Of a stretch of DNA of 64,000 nt, positions 62,224 to 64,000 are shown piece by piece. The DNA is taken from the NCBI GenBank assembly GCA_035938395.1, contig DASZGY010000080.1, positions 1,188 to 65,187 of the forward strand, in the 5' to 3' direction. How positions within the stretch are numbered: position 1 is the stretch's first letter; each line of letters starts with the position of its first letter. The translations under genes and the position numbers were made by a program. The notes beneath the pieces are model-generated. The model saw nothing but the letters and a program-made list of their open reading frames with translations. It did not search any database and was not told the DNA's origin. Source of the DNA: Acidimicrobiia bacterium. GTDB lineage: Bacteria; Actinomycetota; Acidimicrobiia; IMCC26256; JACDBD01.

Positions 62224-63066
62224 ATGGCGTCGATTTCCGACCGGGAGAACCAGGAGATCGAGGCGGCCAACGCCTCTGGCTGCACCCCGGTCGTCTTCAT
62301 CCACGGCCTCTGGCTGCTGCCGAGCAGCTGGGCCAACTGGGCGGACTTCTTCAAGCAGGCGGGCTACGCGCCGCTGACGCCGGACTGGCCCGACGATCCG
62401 GAAACGGTTGACGAGGCCCGGGCGAACCCGGACGTCCTCGCCAAGAAGACCTTGAAGCAGGTCGGCGATCACACCACCGAGATCATCAATGCCTTGGACA
62501 AGAAACCAGCGGTATTGGGGCACTCGACCGGGGGCTTGCTGGCGCAGATGCTCGCGGGGCGGGGCCTCTCGGCGGCCACGGTGGCGATCGACCCTGGGGT
62601 CTTCCGCGGCGTTCTGCCTCTGCCGGTGTCCGTGCTCAGGGGGGTGGGTCCGTTCCTGGTCAACCCGCTCACGCGCGGCCGCGCCATCACGCTCACGTTC
62701 GACCAGTTCAAGTACGGCTGGACGAACACGCTGGACGAGAAGGAGGCGAAGGAGCTGTACGACACGTTCCACGTCGCCGGCTCCGGGATCGCTCTCGTGC
62801 AGATGGGCAACGCGAACCTCAACCCGTGGACGGAGGCGAAGGTGGACACGAAGCGCCCTGACCGTGGTCCCCTGCTGATCATCGACGGCGAGAAGGACCA
62901 CACCGTGCCGTGGGCGATCGCGAACGCCGCCTACAAGCGGCAGACGCACAACCCGGCCGTGACGGAGATCGTGCAGATCCCGAACCGAGGCCACTCCCTC
63001 ACGATCGACCACGGCTGGCGAGATGTCGCCCAGACGGCACTCGACTTCGTCAAGCGGTTCGCCTAA
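62224..63066 (+). CDS. alpha/beta hydrolase
   Basis: VVFIHGLW, nucleophile elbow GHSTGG, and C-terminal GHSLT histidine. ATG 62224 with GGAG 7 nt upstream (track start TTG 62218). Confidence 0.85.
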   Translation: MASISDRENQEIEAANASGCTPVVFIHGLWLLPSSWANWADFFKQAGYAPLTPDWPDDPETVDEARANPDVLAKKTLKQVGDHTTEIINALDKKPAVLGHSTGGLLAQMLAGRGLSAATVAIDPGVFRGVLPLPVSVLRGVGPFLVNPLTRGRAITLTFDQFKYGWTNTLDEKEAKELYDTFHVAGSGIALVQMGNANLNPWTEAKVDTKRPDRGPLLIIDGEKDHTVPWAIANAAYKRQTHNPAVTEIVQIPNRGHSLTIDHGWRDVAQTALDFVKRFA

Positions 63067-63262
63067 GCGGTCACTCTCAGCACACATTGGCCGTTCTGGT
63101 CCGCCCGCGCAGGAGGGTCACACCGCGCTCGACAAGGTTGCTGAGACCGGCTTGTCCCGCAGCGACCCCATCGAGCGCAGATCGGCCGTCGGGCGTGAAT
63201 CGTGCAGAGTCGCTGGTCGTTTGGTGGGCTCCACGGGTTGTGGCAAGTTGTAAGCGGCGCGT

Positions 63263-63295
63263 CCGGCGCGGGGCCTCGCCCGGCGACGGGGTTTT
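63263..63295 (+). terminator. stem-loop followed by a U-tract (intrinsic-terminator-like)
   Basis: ccggcgcggggc-ctc-gcccggcgacgg pairs at 10 of 12 positions and is followed by GGTTTTCGTT. It lies about 200 nt downstream of the hydrolase stop. Confidence 0.4.
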
Positions 63296-63527
63296 CGTTC
63301 CGGTTTCTCCCGTCTGCCCGCTGACCTGACTGAACCGGATGACGGTCAGCCCTGGCACCCGCGCCGGACGTCGAGCTTGTCGATGCGACGCTCACGCACG
63401 CGTTCTGGAACGCGATTCGCTACGCACTCGTGGGCTGCGGTCGCCGAATCGGTACGGGGCCCGGGCGTTGCCGCTCCTAGGGGTAACGGTCCAGACTTCG
63501 ACCGCGGATCTTCTCTAGGACGGATGC

Positions 63528-64000
63528 ATGGCGGAGGAGCTGGACGGCGAGGCCGCGATCCGGACCCCGGACCAGCGTCTGCGCGTCTTCGTGAGCTCCA
63601 CGCTGGCCGAGCTCGCCGAAGAGCGTGCCGCGGTGGGCCGTGCCATCTCGGCGCTCCGGCTCACGCCGGTGCTGTTCGAGCTCGGGGCTCGACCGCACCC
63701 ACCTCGCGAGCTGTATCGGGCCTACTTGGCGCAGTCCGACATCTTCATCGGTCTGTACTGGCAGCGGTACGGCTGGATCGGGCCCGGCATGGACATCTCG
63801 GGTCTCGAGGACGAGTTCCAACTCTCGCACTCGATCCCGCGGTTGCTGTACGTCAAGACGCCGGCGCCCGAGCGAGAACCTCGGCTGACGTCCATGCTCG
63901 ACGAGCTCCAGACGGAAGGGACCGACTCCTACCGCTCGTTCCGTAGCCCGCGGGAGCTCGGGCGACTGGTCCGCGACGACCTCGCCCTCCTCCTGAGCGA
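63528..64000 (+). CDS. DUF4062-domain protein, N-terminal part (partial; runs off the window)
   Basis: This ORF is not in the supplied track because it has no stop inside the window. It opens MAEELDGEAAIRTPDQRLRVFVSSTLAELAEERAAVGRAISALRLTPVLFELGARPHPPRELYRAYLAQSDIFIGLYWQRYGW..., which matches the DUF4062 pattern (VFxSSTxxDLxxER...E..GA......Cl..v..cDifigi.g.rYG). High GC3 throughout. Confidence 0.7.
   Translation, partial: MAEELDGEAAIRTPDQRLRVFVSSTLAELAEERAAVGRAISALRLTPVLFELGARPHPPRELYRAYLAQSDIFIGLYWQRYGWIGPGMDISGLEDEFQLSHSIPRLLYVKTPAPEREPRLTSMLDELQTEGTDSYRSFRSPRELGRLVRDDLALLLS

Noticed and set aside
63077-63358. 93-aa minus-strand ORF (…FTPDGRSALDGVAAGQAGLSNLVERGVTLLRG…) in the intergenic region upstream of the DUF4062 gene.
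   Set aside because: GC3 is only about 70%, well below neighbouring genes. There is no start context and no recognisable domain. It may be decayed sequence, but I cannot support that.
1-64000. Scan for tRNA T-loop signatures (GGTTCGAATCC-like), rRNA, CRISPR repeat-spacer periodicity, and integrase or transposase genes.
   Set aside because: None was found by eye. The few GGTTCGA-like strings lie inside coding regions (for example bioB) without tRNA cloverleaf context.

Overview
The window is a 64-kb, roughly 70% GC chromosomal segment that looks Actinomycetota-like. Supporting signs are an AdnAB-type helicase-nuclease, a DevR/DosR-like two-component system, the DUF164/RNase HI/phosphatase synteny known from Rv2229c-Rv2228c, several F420-type enzymes, and many 1- to 4-nt start/stop overlaps. 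I can support about 60 protein-coding genes. I found no tRNA, rRNA, CRISPR array, transposase or integrase.

All family calls come from motifs read in the ORF translations; no searches were run. The ORF track reports the longest ATG/GTG/TTG ORF, so I trimmed many starts. Many long Arg/Pro/Ala-rich ORFs antisense to real genes are high-GC artefacts.

**Gene content, left to right:**
- **1-10 kb:** methyltransferase, an amidohydrolase-SDR operon, a GT-C glycosyltransferase, an amine oxidase, a DUF429/DUF488 pair, and bioB.
- **10-21 kb:** histidine phosphatase / membrane protein / RNase HI / DUF164 chain, a class A PBP, and adnAB.
- **21-29 kb:** S1 protease, an ABC-2 exporter with a LolA-like protein, a DosR-like regulator, a GAF kinase, treT, and a Ddn-like enzyme.
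- **29-37 kb:** YHYH lipoprotein, CMD protein, solute-binding protein, a disrupted-looking tatA locus, a flavoprotein, a thiolase, LLM and YceI.
- **37-50 kb:** an ABC importer-like pair, an ArsR-CDF-GDT1 metal module, a sulfatase, and a thiol-redox cluster.
- **50-64 kb:** an accessory-looking, locally lower-GC right arm. It holds a LAL regulator, isochorismatase/MDR paralogues, an MFS transporter, an atypical LuxR regulator, a STAS protein, a stress miniprotein, a HATPase-like/GNAT fusion, hydrolases, two pseudogene remnants, and a DUF4062 gene running off the end.

**Most interesting observations:**
1. The tatA locus is split head-to-head across a 7-bp inverted repeat. Re-inverting about 60 bp in silico restores a canonical in-frame TatA.
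2. A perfectly conserved 20-bp element, plus GAAAAC exactly 11 nt downstream, occurs twice in inverted orientation. The two copies flank the LAL regulator gene, each upstream of an isochorismatase/MDR operon.
3. A STAS protein lies next to a degenerate RsbW-like HATPase domain fused to GNAT acetyltransferase domains. This may be a partner-switching module with an acetyltransferase output.
4. A TreT-type trehalose synthase appears to be co-transcribed with a DosS-like single-GAF kinase.
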